A stretch of 64,000 nt of DNA, taken from contig DASXSP010000002.1 of assembly GCA_036505865.1 (NCBI GenBank), positions 6,745 through 70,744 of the forward strand. The letters run 5' to 3'. The DNA is from Casimicrobiaceae bacterium. Lineage in GTDB: Bacteria; Pseudomonadota; Gammaproteobacteria; Burkholderiales; Casimicrobiaceae. The notes under the pieces were generated by a model, which was not told the DNA's origin, searched no databases, and was given only the letters and a program-made list of their open reading frames with translations. Positions 1 to 9,536 of the stretch are shown here, in pieces. The translations under genes and the position numbers were made by a program. Position 1 is the first letter of the stretch. Each line of letters opens with the position of its first letter.

Positions 1-753
1 GCGTACAACCCATCAACCGGTAGCTACGCGCATGGCAGCGCGTCGTGGGGAACGAATAGCGGCACTGCGAACGCCAATTGGTACAACGCACGTACAGGAA
101 TAACCGGTTCGACGAATCAGAACTACAACCAATACGGGAGCTGGGGCTCAAGCACCTTCAGCGGGGCGAACAAAACGGTCAATACGCAGCATCAGAGCAA
201 CGCGCAAGGCACAGCGGGCAGCTTCCAATCCAGCACGGGCGCAGCGGGCGCAGGCGTCAAGGGCGCCGGCGGCAACAGCGCCGGTATCGCGAAGACCGCG
301 AGCGGCGACGTTTATGCGGGCGCAGACGGCAACGTCTACAAGAAAACGTCGGACGGCTGGTCCAAGTACAGCGACGGATCGTGGAATCCGGTGCAGCCGC
401 CGACGAATTCGAAAAGCAACACCCAACAGAATTTGTCGGGGCAAACGCGTCAGTCATCGCAACAGAATTTGTCCGGCGAGACGCGCCAAACCTCGCAACA
501 AAATCTTTCCGGCGAGACGCGTCAATCGGGCGGCATGCAGGGAAACCTTTCGGGCGCAACCGAACGTGACGCGCAATTCCGCCAAGGCTCGATGGGCCAA
601 TCGGCCGGCGGATTCCGCCAGAGCGGATTTGGCGGCGGCGAATTCCAGCAGCTCGAGAATGATCGGTCCGCGCGAACGATGGGCGCCCAGCGCCAGGCGC
701 AATTCAGCCGCGGAGGTGCGGGGGGGTTCGCAGGCGGCGGCCGTCGACGCTGA
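1..753 (+). CDS. 3' part of a hypothetical, probably secreted protein (5'-truncated), Gly/Ser/Gln-rich C-terminal tail
   Basis: Frame 1 is open from base 1 to TGA at 751-753 (AYNPSTGSYAHG...GDVYAGADGNVYKKTSDGWSKY...GGFAGGGRRR). The YNPxTGxY and DVYAGxDGNVY motifs recall proteins often labelled carbohydrate-binding family V/XII, but this label is unverified. Confidence 0.7.
   Translation, partial: AYNPSTGSYAHGSASWGTNSGTANANWYNARTGITGSTNQNYNQYGSWGSSTFSGANKTVNTQHQSNAQGTAGSFQSSTGAAGAGVKGAGGNSAGIAKTASGDVYAGADGNVYKKTSDGWSKYSDGSWNPVQPPTNSKSNTQQNLSGQTRQSSQQNLSGETRQTSQQNLSGETRQSGGMQGNLSGATERDAQFRQGSMGQSAGGFRQSGFGGGEFQQLENDRSARTMGAQRQAQFSRGGAGGFAGGGRRR
424..561 (+). repeat. In-frame 36-nt tandem repeat (QQNLSG[Q/E]TRQ[S/T]S x3 plus one degenerate copy)
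   Basis: caacagaatttgtc.. units start at 424, 460 and 496; degenerate unit near 532-561. Confidence 0.85.
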
Positions 754-759
754 TCGACA

Positions 760-1749
760 TCAGGGCATCGCTTGCGGATAGAGACCGCGGACGCGCGCGT
801 GTAGTCGCGCAAGCCCCAGCAACGTATCGAGATGGGGCGTCGCGACGCCGGCCCGCGCGCCGATTTCGCGAGGGGCAGTAAGCAATGCGTCGATCTCGAC
901 GGGCTTGCCCGCCTCGACATCCTGCAGCATCGAGGTCTTGAACGCGCCAAGCTTGCGGGTGACCGTCATCCGATCGGCGCCGCTTTGCGCAATCGGACAA
1001 CCGATCGCGGCGCCGATCGCCGCGGCTTCGGCCATCACATCGAGACAGAATTGGCTGACGAGCGGATCGTCGAGAATACGGTCGGCCGTCGCGCCGGTGA
1101 ACGCAGAAATCGGGTTCATCGTCATGTTGCCCCACAACTTGTACCAGATGTCCTGCTGGATGCGCGGCGACACTTCCACCTCGAACGCTGCCTCGCGCAG
1201 CAGATCGGCAAGCGCAAGCAATCGCGCGGATGACCCACCCTTCGGTTCTCCGACAATCAAACGGTTGCCCACGCCATGGCGCACGACACCGGGCTCGGGC
1301 GTTGAGCAGGTCAAATGAACGACCGTCCCGACGACACGGTCGACGGGAATCGCCGCGGAAATGACGCCGTCCGGATCGATCGTCGCAAGCGGCAATCCTT
1401 CGAACGCGCCGGGAAGACCGTGAAAGAACCACCACGGCACGCCGTTCATCGCGCTGACAATCGTCGTTTCAGAATGTGCCAACGTACGCACAATCGGCGT
1501 CACGCTGATCATTGCCGGGGCTTTGACGGCGATGACAACATAATCTTGCGGCGCTAATTCCGACGCGTCACTCACTGCGCGAACAGGCGCTGTGATCGTC
1601 TGGCCACCGATTTGGAGTCGCCAGCCACGCTCGCGCAACGCCGCAGCCGTCGTGGTTCGCGTAACGGCGGACACATCGACGCCCGCATGCGCGAGTCTCG
1701 CTCCGATCAACCCACCGACTGCGCCGGCACCGACGATGCAGACTTTCAT
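760..1749 (-). CDS. panE: 2-dehydropantoate 2-reductase (ketopantoate reductase, ApbA/PanE family)
   Basis: N-terminal GAGAVGG Rossmann motif, IAVKA, NG, KLWGN, SMLQD..GKPVEID; 329 aa. Confidence 0.88.
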   Translation of the reverse strand: MKVCIVGAGAVGGLIGARLAHAGVDVSAVTRTTTAAALRERGWRLQIGGQTITAPVRAVSDASELAPQDYVVIAVKAPAMISVTPIVRTLAHSETTIVSAMNGVPWWFFHGLPGAFEGLPLATIDPDGVISAAIPVDRVVGTVVHLTCSTPEPGVVRHGVGNRLIVGEPKGGSSARLLALADLLREAAFEVEVSPRIQQDIWYKLWGNMTMNPISAFTGATADRILDDPLVSQFCLDVMAEAAAIGAAIGCPIAQSGADRMTVTRKLGAFKTSMLQDVEAGKPVEIDALLTAPREIGARAGVATPHLDTLLGLARLHARVRGLYPQAMP

Positions 1750-1755
1750 CGCGTG

Positions 1756-1856
1756 AGGGCCCCCACGCTTGCGGCCTCAGTGGCCAATGAGGCCGCTGCG
1801 CTGCCCCCAGAGGAAGACCGCAATGCGCGCTCCTGGGACGGCCCTGCGGCGCTCAT
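1756..1856 (-). repeat. REP/MITE-like element, family 1, copy A
   Basis: cccccacgcttgcggc...gctgcgctgccccc...gggacggccctgcggcgctcat matches copies at 5189-5274, 10600-10632, 13497-13581; internal 9-bp hairpin GCGGCCTCA/TGAGGCCGC. Confidence 0.88.
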
Positions 1857-1864
1857 GAGCTGTG

Positions 1865-3172
1865 TCACGCCTTTGGACGCTTGTCGATGATGCGCTTCGC
1901 TTTGCCAAGCGAGCGCTCGATACCGCCGCTCGCCACGACGTTCACCGCAGCAGTGACGCCGATCAGGCTCTTGATTAAATGCGCGAGCGCCGCGCCGGCG
2001 GCCTCGCCGTCTGCGTGTCCGACGCCGATGCCGCGTTCCACGAGCACCGTCAATTCGTCGAGATTGCGCGGTCGCGTGACCTCGAGCTGATAGTGTGGCG
2101 CAAGCGCAGTCTGCTTGAGAATCAGCTCCTCGATCTGCGTCGGAAACACGTTGACGCCGCGAATGATCAACATATCGTCTGAGCGGCCGGTGATTTTTTC
2201 GATCCGCCGCATCGCGCGCGCGGTCGGCGGCAACAACCGTGTCAAATCGCGCGTCCGATAGCGGATGATCGGCAGCGCTTCCTTCGTGAGCGACGTGATA
2301 ACGAGCTCACCCTTTTCGCCATCAGGCAGCACTGCGCCGGTTTCCGGATCGATGATTTCGGGGTAGAAATGATCTTCCCAGATCGTAAGGCCGTCTTTCG
2401 TCTCGATACATTCCTGCGCGACACCGGGACCCATCACTTCGGAGAGCCCATAGATATCGATGGCATCCATGTCGAGCTTCACTTCGATCGCCTGGCGCAT
2501 CGTCGGCGTCCATGGCTCCGCGCCGAAAATGCCGATCGACAACGATGACTTCCGCGGATCGATGCCTTGCCGTTCCATTTCTTCGGCAATCGCCAGCATG
2601 TACGACGGCGTCACCATGATGATGTCGGGCTTGAAGTCGGCGATGAGCTGCACCTGTTTTTCGGTTTGCCCACCGGACATCGGGATGACGGTGGCGCCCA
2701 GCCGTTCGGCGCCGTAATGTGCGCCGAGTCCGCCGGTGAAGAGTCCGTATCCATAGGCGACATGAACGATGTCGCCCGCGCGACCGCCGGCGGCACGAAT
2801 CGAGCGCGCCATCACCGTCGCCCATGTGTCGATGTCGTTTTTTGTGTAACCGACAACCGTGGGCTTGCCTGTTGTGCCGGATGATGCGTGGATGCGGACG
2901 ACTTGCTCGCGCGGCACGGCGAACATGCCGAACGGATAGTTGTCGCGCAGGTCGGTCTTGACGGTGAACGGAAATCGCGCGATGTCGGAGAGCGCTTTGC
3001 ATCCGTCTGGATCAACGCCCGCGCGATCGAACGCGTTGCGATAGTGCGGCACATTGTCGTAGGCGTGCTTCAGCGACCACTGCAGCCGCGAAAGTTGCAA
3101 CGAGGCAAGCTCGTCGCGGCTTGCCGTCTCGATCGGTTCGAGATCGCCGGGCTGCGGCATCTTGGCCGGCAT
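1865..3172 (-). CDS. paaK: Phenylacetate--CoA ligase
   Basis: IHASSGTTGKPT, YGYGLFTGGLG, DIYGLSEVMGPGVA, IRYRTRDLT motifs; paa context. Confidence 0.96.
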   Translation of the reverse strand: MPAKMPQPGDLEPIETASRDELASLQLSRLQWSLKHAYDNVPHYRNAFDRAGVDPDGCKALSDIARFPFTVKTDLRDNYPFGMFAVPREQVVRIHASSGTTGKPTVVGYTKNDIDTWATVMARSIRAAGGRAGDIVHVAYGYGLFTGGLGAHYGAERLGATVIPMSGGQTEKQVQLIADFKPDIIMVTPSYMLAIAEEMERQGIDPRKSSLSIGIFGAEPWTPTMRQAIEVKLDMDAIDIYGLSEVMGPGVAQECIETKDGLTIWEDHFYPEIIDPETGAVLPDGEKGELVITSLTKEALPIIRYRTRDLTRLLPPTARAMRRIEKITGRSDDMLIIRGVNVFPTQIEELILKQTALAPHYQLEVTRPRNLDELTVLVERGIGVGHADGEAAGAALAHLIKSLIGVTAAVNVVASGGIERSLGKAKRIIDKRPKA

Positions 3173-3185
3173 GTTGCTTATCCTC

Positions 3186-3644
3186 CTAAACGCCCTCGAC
3201 GATATGTCCCTTGATCCGATAGCTCTTGCCGCGGAACAGCGCGATCGTTTCGCCGCGCTGATTCGTCACCTCGATATCGTAGACGCCCGTGCGGCCTGAA
3301 AGACTCCGTTCCTGCGCAACGGCCGTCAATACGTCGTTCTCGCGCGCCGGCGCCAGATATTCGATCGAGCAGCCTTGCGCGACGGTGTTGAAATTGTAGC
3401 TGTTGCAGGCGAAAGCGAACGCACTGTCGGCGAGCGCGAAGATGAAGCCGCCATGACAAATTGCATGGCCGTTGACCATGTCGGACCGGACGGACATCGT
3501 CACCTTCGCGGCACCGGGACGAACCTCCGCGATCGCCATACCGAGCGACTGCGATGCGCGGTCGCTTGCGAACATCCGCTCGGCGACGTGCTCCGAAAGC
3601 GATTGCGCCTCATCCACTGGGCGCGATGGATGATGCTCGCCCAT
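3186..3644 (-). CDS. paaI: Hydroxyphenylacetyl-CoA thioesterase (hotdog fold)
   Basis: NGHAICHGGFIFALADSAFAFACNS motif. Confidence 0.95.
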   Translation of the reverse strand: MGEHHPSRPVDEAQSLSEHVAERMFASDRASQSLGMAIAEVRPGAAKVTMSVRSDMVNGHAICHGGFIFALADSAFAFACNSYNFNTVAQGCSIEYLAPARENDVLTAVAQERSLSGRTGVYDIEVTNQRGETIALFRGKSYRIKGHIVEGV

Positions 3645-3648
3645 TGCA

Positions 3649-5190
3649 TCAGGCTGCCAGCGCGTCGCCGGTCGCGCAGCGACGCGCGATCAGCGGCGAA
3701 ACGCGATAGCGATCTTCGCTGTAGTGCGAGGCAAGATGGACGAGAACCTCACGCACGCGTGCGACGCCGGTTCGATCGGCCCATGCGAGCGGACCGAGCG
3801 GATAGTTGACGCCTTTTTGCATTGCGAGATCGACGTCGTTCGCCGTAGCAATGCCCTGCATCACTGCATCAGCCGCTTCATTCGCGAGCATGGCGACGGT
3901 TCGCATCACCGCGAGGCCGGCGACGTCGTCGAACGCCGATACGGCGATACCCGTCGCTTGCAGTGCGCCTACTGCGGCATTCCATATGGAATCGCTGCAA
4001 CAATCGGCGCGCGCGACGGCGAGCCGACTGCAGCTCGCATAATCAAGGGCAAGGTCGAAAACAACGAGATCGCGTTCGCCGATTGTCATCGCGCGCTGCG
4101 TGGCGGTTCGACCATCGGTCAGCGCCAGCCACCCACCATTGATTGACATGGCGCCATCCGGAAGCGCATCGTTCCTGTCACCGCGTTCGACAACGATATT
4201 CGACGCTGCCCATCGATTTGCAAGCGTAGCGGCGGGTCCGAGCTCGCCACAAATACGAATCGTCTTGGGACGCGGTTGTTGCTGCAGCGTGGAAGGTTCG
4301 GGCTTGGCCGCGTCGGATCCATAGTCGAAGAATCCGCGTCCGCTTTTCCGTCCCAGAAAGCCGGCCGCGACAAGCTCCTGCTGCAATACCGACGGCGTGT
4401 AACGCGCATCGTGGAAATACGCGTCCCACACGCTTCGCGTCACCGCGAAGTTGACATCGAGGCCGATCAAATCCATCAGCTCGAAGGGCCCCATCCGAAA
4501 GCCGCCCGCGTCGCGCATCACGGCGTCGATCGTTGCCGGATCGGCGGCGCGCTCGCTCAAAAGCCGAAGCGCTTCTCCGTAGAAGGGGCGCGCACAACGA
4601 TTGACAATAAAACCCGGTGTCGACAATGCGTGAACCGGCTGCTTGCCCCATGCCGCCGCGGTGGCGTAAACCGCCTCCGCTACCTTACGATCTGTTGCAA
4701 GTCCGCTCACCACTTCAACCAGCGGGAGTATCGGCGCAGGATTGAAAAAATGCATGCCGACGACCCGTTTCGGACGCTGCAAGCCGGCCGACAATGCAGT
4801 AATCGACAGCGATGACGTATTGGAGGCGAGAATCGCCTCTGGCGCCACGGTGCCTTCGAGCTCGCGCAGTAATGCGCGCTTGGCGTCGAGGTCCTCGGCG
4901 ATTGCTTCGATCACGAGCCCCGCGCTGATGCAATCGGCCAGAACGTTGGCGACCGAGAGCCGACCGCTTGCGTCACGCGCCTTATCGGCCGAGATCTTTC
5001 CCTTCTTCGCGAGCGCATCGAGCGTCGCGATGATGTTGCGGCATGCTTGTTCGGCTGCGCCGACGCGCGTGTCAAAAAGGCGCACCGGATGTCCGGCCTG
5101 CGCGGCGACTTGCGCGATGCCCGAGCCCATTGCGCCCGCACCGATCACCGCCACGATCGCGTCCGTCGGCAATGCGTCGCTAGCGCGCAT
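3649..5190 (-). CDS. paaH: 3-hydroxyacyl-CoA (3-hydroxyadipyl-CoA) dehydrogenase
   Basis: GAGAMGSGIA, ASNTSS, GMHFFNPAP, PGFIVNR, GFRMGPF, duplicated C-terminal domain; 513 aa. Confidence 0.94.
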   Translation of the reverse strand: MRASDALPTDAIVAVIGAGAMGSGIAQVAAQAGHPVRLFDTRVGAAEQACRNIIATLDALAKKGKISADKARDASGRLSVANVLADCISAGLVIEAIAEDLDAKRALLRELEGTVAPEAILASNTSSLSITALSAGLQRPKRVVGMHFFNPAPILPLVEVVSGLATDRKVAEAVYATAAAWGKQPVHALSTPGFIVNRCARPFYGEALRLLSERAADPATIDAVMRDAGGFRMGPFELMDLIGLDVNFAVTRSVWDAYFHDARYTPSVLQQELVAAGFLGRKSGRGFFDYGSDAAKPEPSTLQQQPRPKTIRICGELGPAATLANRWAASNIVVERGDRNDALPDGAMSINGGWLALTDGRTATQRAMTIGERDLVVFDLALDYASCSRLAVARADCCSDSIWNAAVGALQATGIAVSAFDDVAGLAVMRTVAMLANEAADAVMQGIATANDVDLAMQKGVNYPLGPLAWADRTGVARVREVLVHLASHYSEDRYRVSPLIARRCATGDALAA

Positions 5191-5274
5191 GAGCGCCGAA
5201 GGGCCGCCCCGAGGCGCGAATTACTCCCCCTATGGGGGCAGCGCAGCGGCGAGAGCCGCAAGCGTGGGGGTCCA
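5189..5274 (+). repeat. REP/MITE-like element, family 1, copy B (inverted relative to the operon)
   Basis: Reverse complement reads tggacccccacgcttgcggctctcgccgctgcgctgcccccatagggggagtaattcgcgcctcggggcggcccttcggcgctcat, closely matching copy D. Confidence 0.9.
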
Positions 5275-5281
5275 AGAGCTG

Positions 5282-6073
5282 CTATTTTCCGGAGAACCGC
5301 GGGGCGCGCTTTTCGAGGAATGCCGCCACGCCCTCACGGTAATCGGCGCTGTAGCCAAGCTCGCGCTGGATGTCGCGTTCGAGGTCGAGCTGCGCCTCCA
5401 GCGTGTTGCCGGCCGACGCGTACAACGCGCGCTTGATCTCGGCGAGGCCACGCGTGGGCGCCTGTGCAAGCTGAGTCAACAGAGCCTCAACGGCGTCGGC
5501 GAATTCGGCGTCATCGACGCATCTCCAAATCAGACCCCACGCCGCCGCTTCTTCGGCGTGCAGCTTGTCGCCCAACAATGCGAGCCCCATCGCGCGCGCC
5601 GTTCCCACAAGGCGCGGCAGAAAATACGTGCCGCCCGAATCCGGAATCAATCCGATCTTGCAGAACGCTTGGACGAAGGCTGCCGATTTGGTCGCGATAA
5701 CGATATCGCAGGCAAGCGCAAGATTCGCTCCGGCGCCCGCGGCGACGCCGTTCATTGCGCACACGACCGGCAACGGCAGCGAGCGCAGCGCCAGAACCAA
5801 CGGCCGATAATTGTTTTCGATCGACGCGCCGAGATCGACCGCGGTTTCACCGGGCGCAACTGCGCGATCGGAAAGATCCTGGCCGGCGCAAAAACCTCTA
5901 CCCGCACCGGTCAGCAGCAGGACCCGCACCGTTTCGTCGTCCTTTACCGCGGCGAGTGCGTGGCGGACTTCTTCGTGCATCGCCGAAGTGAAGCTATTGA
6001 GCCGTTCAGGACGATTCAGCGTGATCCGCGCGATACCGTTCGATGTTTCAAATTTGACGCTTTCGTATCTCAT
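5282..6073 (-). CDS. paaG: 2-(1,2-epoxy-1,2-dihydrophenyl)acetyl-CoA isomerase (crotonase fold)
   Basis: GFCAGQDL, NGVAAGAGANLALACD, IGLIPDSGGT motifs. Confidence 0.95.
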   Translation of the reverse strand: MRYESVKFETSNGIARITLNRPERLNSFTSAMHEEVRHALAAVKDDETVRVLLLTGAGRGFCAGQDLSDRAVAPGETAVDLGASIENNYRPLVLALRSLPLPVVCAMNGVAAGAGANLALACDIVIATKSAAFVQAFCKIGLIPDSGGTYFLPRLVGTARAMGLALLGDKLHAEEAAAWGLIWRCVDDAEFADAVEALLTQLAQAPTRGLAEIKRALYASAGNTLEAQLDLERDIQRELGYSADYREGVAAFLEKRAPRFSGK

Positions 6074-6123
6074 TCCATCGCTCTTCCGCTCGAGCCCCAG
6101 GATCCCTGATTCTTAGTCGTTGT

Positions 6124-7788
6124 CTACACGTGCATCCGATGCTGAACGACACGGAACCGGTTGGCCACGTACGCCGCGTCGGTGAGCGTTGCATTTGCCG
6201 CTGGATTGGCGCCCGTCCCATGGAAATCCGAAAATGCCGCCGATTGATTAACGAACACGCCACCGGTGAGATTGATCGAGAGCGCAACACCGGCATCCTC
6301 AGCAACGTCGATCGCCTGGGCGATGACGTCGTCTCGCGTCGAATATACGGACAGCGTGAGCGCACCGTGACTCGTAATCGCGTCGCGCGCGATTTCGAGA
6401 CTCTGATCAGTCGAATCGGTGGCGATCACGAATGCGATCGGGCCGAACCATTCGTTTAAGTACGTCGCGCGATCGGTACCGCTCAACTTGACAATCAGTG
6501 GCGTTCGTATCGTCGCCTTCGGAAACGTCGGATGCGCAATCGCATGCGTGTCGAGCACCAGCGTACCGAGCGAGCGTGCCGCTTCGAGCCGGCGCAGCAC
6601 GCCGTCATTCTGCACAGCGCCAAGCACCTCGACCGCCCGCGATGGATCGCCGAGCAGCTTGTTGACGTCGTCCGCAAGACCCGCCGCCACTTGATCGAAC
6701 GTCAAGCGCCCGTCCGGCGTTTCGATACCGCCTTTTGGCACATAGATGTTCTGCGGCGCCGTGCACATTTGGCCGGTGTAGAGCGACAGCGAAAACGCGA
6801 TGTTACGGACGAGTCCCTTGAAATCGGCTGAGCTGTCGATCACGATTTGATTGACACCGGCTTTTTCCGTGTAGACCTGCGCCTGACGCGCGTGCTCTTC
6901 GAGCCATCGTCCGTTGGCCGTGCTGCCGGTGTAATCGACGATTTTCACTTCGGGGCGCAACGCGAGCGTTTGCGCGGTGTTGTCGCCAGCTTCGTGCGCG
7001 ACAAGCGCCACGACGTTTGGATCGAAGCCGGATTCGGTCAGCACGTCGCGTACGATCTTGACGGTGATCGCCAAAGGAAGAATCGCACCTGGATGCGGTT
7101 TCACGACAACTGCGTTGCCCGTTGCAAGGCTCGCAAAAAAACCGGGGTAACCATTCCACGTCGGAAACGTGCAACAGCCGATGACGAGCGCGACGCCGCG
7201 CGGCACGATGCGAAACCGCTTCTCCATCTTAAGCGGCTCATTTTTTCCCTGCGGCTTTTCCCATTGCGCGCTTGCCGGTACGCGACGCATCTCATCCCAA
7301 GCATATGCGACGGCCTCGAGACCACGGTCCTGCGCATGCGGGCCGCCCGCCTGGAACGCCATAAGAAACGCCTGACCTGTCGTGTGCATGACGGCGTTGG
7401 CGATCAAAAAGCTTTCTTTGTTGATCCGCGCGAGCGATTCGAGACACACGCCCACCCACGCTTGCGGCTCCGCTCTACGCCAATCTTCGCGGGCTTTGCT
7501 GATTGCGGCAAACAGGGCATCGATGTCGCTCTTCGGGTAGGTGATTCCGAGCGTTAGGCCGTACGGTGACTTCTCCGCGCCGACTTGGCCGGCGCTTGCC
7601 GGTTGCGCCAACGGAAAAGCGCCGTTCAGCAATGCATCGAATGCAGCCTTGCCCGCGTCGGCCGTTCCTTCGCCATAGACCTTGGGGCTTGCCGACTCCG
7701 GATAAGGCGACCAATAGCCCCGGTCCGCGATTGCGGTCAACGCCCGTTCGAGCGTTGCGCGGTGCTTTTCGAACAACGGATGCGACAC
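6124..7788 (-). CDS. paaN: Phenylacetate degradation aldehyde dehydrogenase PaaN (no MaoC domain)
   Basis: RGYWSPYPE, QAGGPHAQDRGLEA, CCTFPTWN, EKAGVN, GQMCTAPQ, FSDFHGTGANPA; 554 aa. Confidence 0.93.
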   Translation of the reverse strand: MSHPLFEKHRATLERALTAIADRGYWSPYPESASPKVYGEGTADAGKAAFDALLNGAFPLAQPASAGQVGAEKSPYGLTLGITYPKSDIDALFAAISKAREDWRRAEPQAWVGVCLESLARINKESFLIANAVMHTTGQAFLMAFQAGGPHAQDRGLEAVAYAWDEMRRVPASAQWEKPQGKNEPLKMEKRFRIVPRGVALVIGCCTFPTWNGYPGFFASLATGNAVVVKPHPGAILPLAITVKIVRDVLTESGFDPNVVALVAHEAGDNTAQTLALRPEVKIVDYTGSTANGRWLEEHARQAQVYTEKAGVNQIVIDSSADFKGLVRNIAFSLSLYTGQMCTAPQNIYVPKGGIETPDGRLTFDQVAAGLADDVNKLLGDPSRAVEVLGAVQNDGVLRRLEAARSLGTLVLDTHAIAHPTFPKATIRTPLIVKLSGTDRATYLNEWFGPIAFVIATDSTDQSLEIARDAITSHGALTLSVYSTRDDVIAQAIDVAEDAGVALSINLTGGVFVNQSAAFSDFHGTGANPAANATLTDAAYVANRFRVVQHRMHV

Positions 7789-7881
7789 GGAAACCTCTCG
7801 CGTTCTTCCATTACGAACTCTAGCACGACGCGATCATCGTAGCGTGATGCAAAAGAATTGCAACGCACGGCAGTTTTACCG

Positions 7882-8964
7882 CTAACCCGTCCCGGTTTGG
7901 TCGTAGTCAACCACCACGCGATCGGTAGTGGGATAACTCTGGCACGACAAGATGAACCCGCGTGCAACCTCGTAATCTTCGAGCGCAAAGTTCACGTCCA
8001 TATCGACTTCGCCCTCCACCAACCGGCAGCGGCACGTCGAGCAGACGCCGCCACGACAGGAGTACGGCAACTCGATGCCATTCTTCAATCCGGCCTCGAT
8101 GATGTTCTCTTTCTCCTTTTCGAGCAAAAACGATTTTCGCGTGCCATCGATGATCACCGTGACTTCACATTCCGACTGCGCCGCCTGCGGCAACGGACGC
8201 GCCACGTGCTGATGCTTGGGGATGCTCGCCGCGAAGCGCTCGATCTTGATCTTCGCTTCCGGAAACCCGCGCGCCTTCAGCGCATCGGTCACCGACTCCA
8301 TCATTCCTTCAGGGCCGCAAACAAACGCTGCGTCGATGTCTTCCAGGCGAATCCAGTGGTCGAGCAACGCTCCGGCCCTGTCGCGGTCGATCCGGCCATG
8401 CAACAGATCGATATCCTGCGCTTCCCGCGACAGCACGTGGACAAGATTGAAGCGAGTCAAATACACGTCTTTCAATGCTGCGAGCTCTTCCCGGAACATC
8501 ACGGTGCTCGACGCACGATTGCCGTAGAACAGCGTGAAACGCGATTGCGGCTCGGCGACGAGAGTGGTCTTGATAATCGACATGAGCGGTGTGATGCCGC
8601 TACCGGCCGCGAACCCCAGATAGTGCCGCTTCGCGTTGGGATCGAGCGCCACGTTGAAATGCCCCATTGGCGGCATGACCTCGATCGTCGCGCCGACCTT
8701 GAGCGCTTCATTCGCCCACGTCGAAAAGGCGCCGCCTGGCGATCGCTTGACGGCAATCCGCAACGTATCGTCATGGACGGCTGAACAAATCGAATACGAG
8801 CGACGCAAATCCTCGCCGCCGATTTGGGCTCGCAATGTGAGATGCTGCCCTTGCGTGAAGGAGAATTGGTCACGCAGCGCTTGCGGCACAGCGAACGTCA
8901 CCGCGACGGCGTCGCGCGTTTCGCGTTCGACGTGAGCGATCGAAAGCCGATGGAACTTACTCAC
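7882..8964 (-). CDS. paaE: Phenylacetyl-CoA epoxidase reductase subunit (FAD/NAD plus 2Fe-2S)
   Basis: RRSYSICS, GSGITP, VCGP, CRGGVCSTC...LSCQ; probable GTG start at 8964 (provided ORF extends into paaD). Confidence 0.95.
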   Translation of the reverse strand: MSKFHRLSIAHVERETRDAVAVTFAVPQALRDQFSFTQGQHLTLRAQIGGEDLRRSYSICSAVHDDTLRIAVKRSPGGAFSTWANEALKVGATIEVMPPMGHFNVALDPNAKRHYLGFAAGSGITPLMSIIKTTLVAEPQSRFTLFYGNRASSTVMFREELAALKDVYLTRFNLVHVLSREAQDIDLLHGRIDRDRAGALLDHWIRLEDIDAAFVCGPEGMMESVTDALKARGFPEAKIKIERFAASIPKHQHVARPLPQAAQSECEVTVIIDGTRKSFLLEKEKENIIEAGLKNGIELPYSCRGGVCSTCRCRLVEGEVDMDVNFALEDYEVARGFILSCQSYPTTDRVVVDYDQTGTG

Positions 8965-8981
8965 GCGTGTCGCCTCTGGCG

Positions 8982-9536
8982 TCAGAGAGCCTTGAAATAG
9001 TCGAACGGCTCGAGGCAATCGTCGCAGCGATAATGCGCCTTGCACGCCGTAGACCCGAACTGCGACACGAGCCGCGTGCGCACCGACGCACAACGCGGGC
9101 ACGCGACCGCAATGATTCGGCGGAGCGGGCTGATTCCGGTCACATCGATTCGCGGTGCCGCGAGGTGCGGCGGCGCTATCCCGAATTCGCGCAGCCGGCG
9201 CTTCGCCTCGGGCGCAATGCGATCGGTGCTCCACGCCGGCGCAAGTCTTGTCTCGATGCGCGCGTCCACGATCCCTCGCCCCACGAGCGCATCGTGGATG
9301 TCAGTCATGATCGTCTCCGTCGCCGGACAGCCTGAATACGTAGGCGTCACATCGATGACAAGGGTTGCGTCTTTCACACGAACGGCCCAAACGATGCCGA
9401 GCTCGACGATCGATACGACGGGAATTTCCGGATCCGGCACGCCGGCCAGCGCTTCCCACGCTCGGCCAATGATCGCGTCGTCAACTCGGGGCGCCGACCG
9501 GCCGCTGCGCTCTTGGTGGACCGCCGCAACTACCAT
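8982..9536 (-). CDS. paaD: Phenylacetyl-CoA epoxidase subunit D (Fe-S maturation)
   Basis: VPDPEIPVVSIVELG, TPTYSGCPA, CPRC...STACKAHYRCDDCLEPFDYFK; ATG at 9536 overlaps the paaC stop. Confidence 0.94.
   Translation of the reverse strand: MVVAAVHQERSGRSAPRVDDAIIGRAWEALAGVPDPEIPVVSIVELGIVWAVRVKDATLVIDVTPTYSGCPATETIMTDIHDALVGRGIVDARIETRLAPAWSTDRIAPEAKRRLREFGIAPPHLAAPRIDVTGISPLRRIIAVACPRCASVRTRLVSQFGSTACKAHYRCDDCLEPFDYFKAL

Noticed and set aside
4742-6109. 455-aa plus-strand ORF, and similar long ORFs (34440-35756, 39804-40889, 47706-48920, 52601-53767, 61750-62679)
   Set aside because: Antisense shadows of well-supported genes; expected at high GC; no recognisable motifs.
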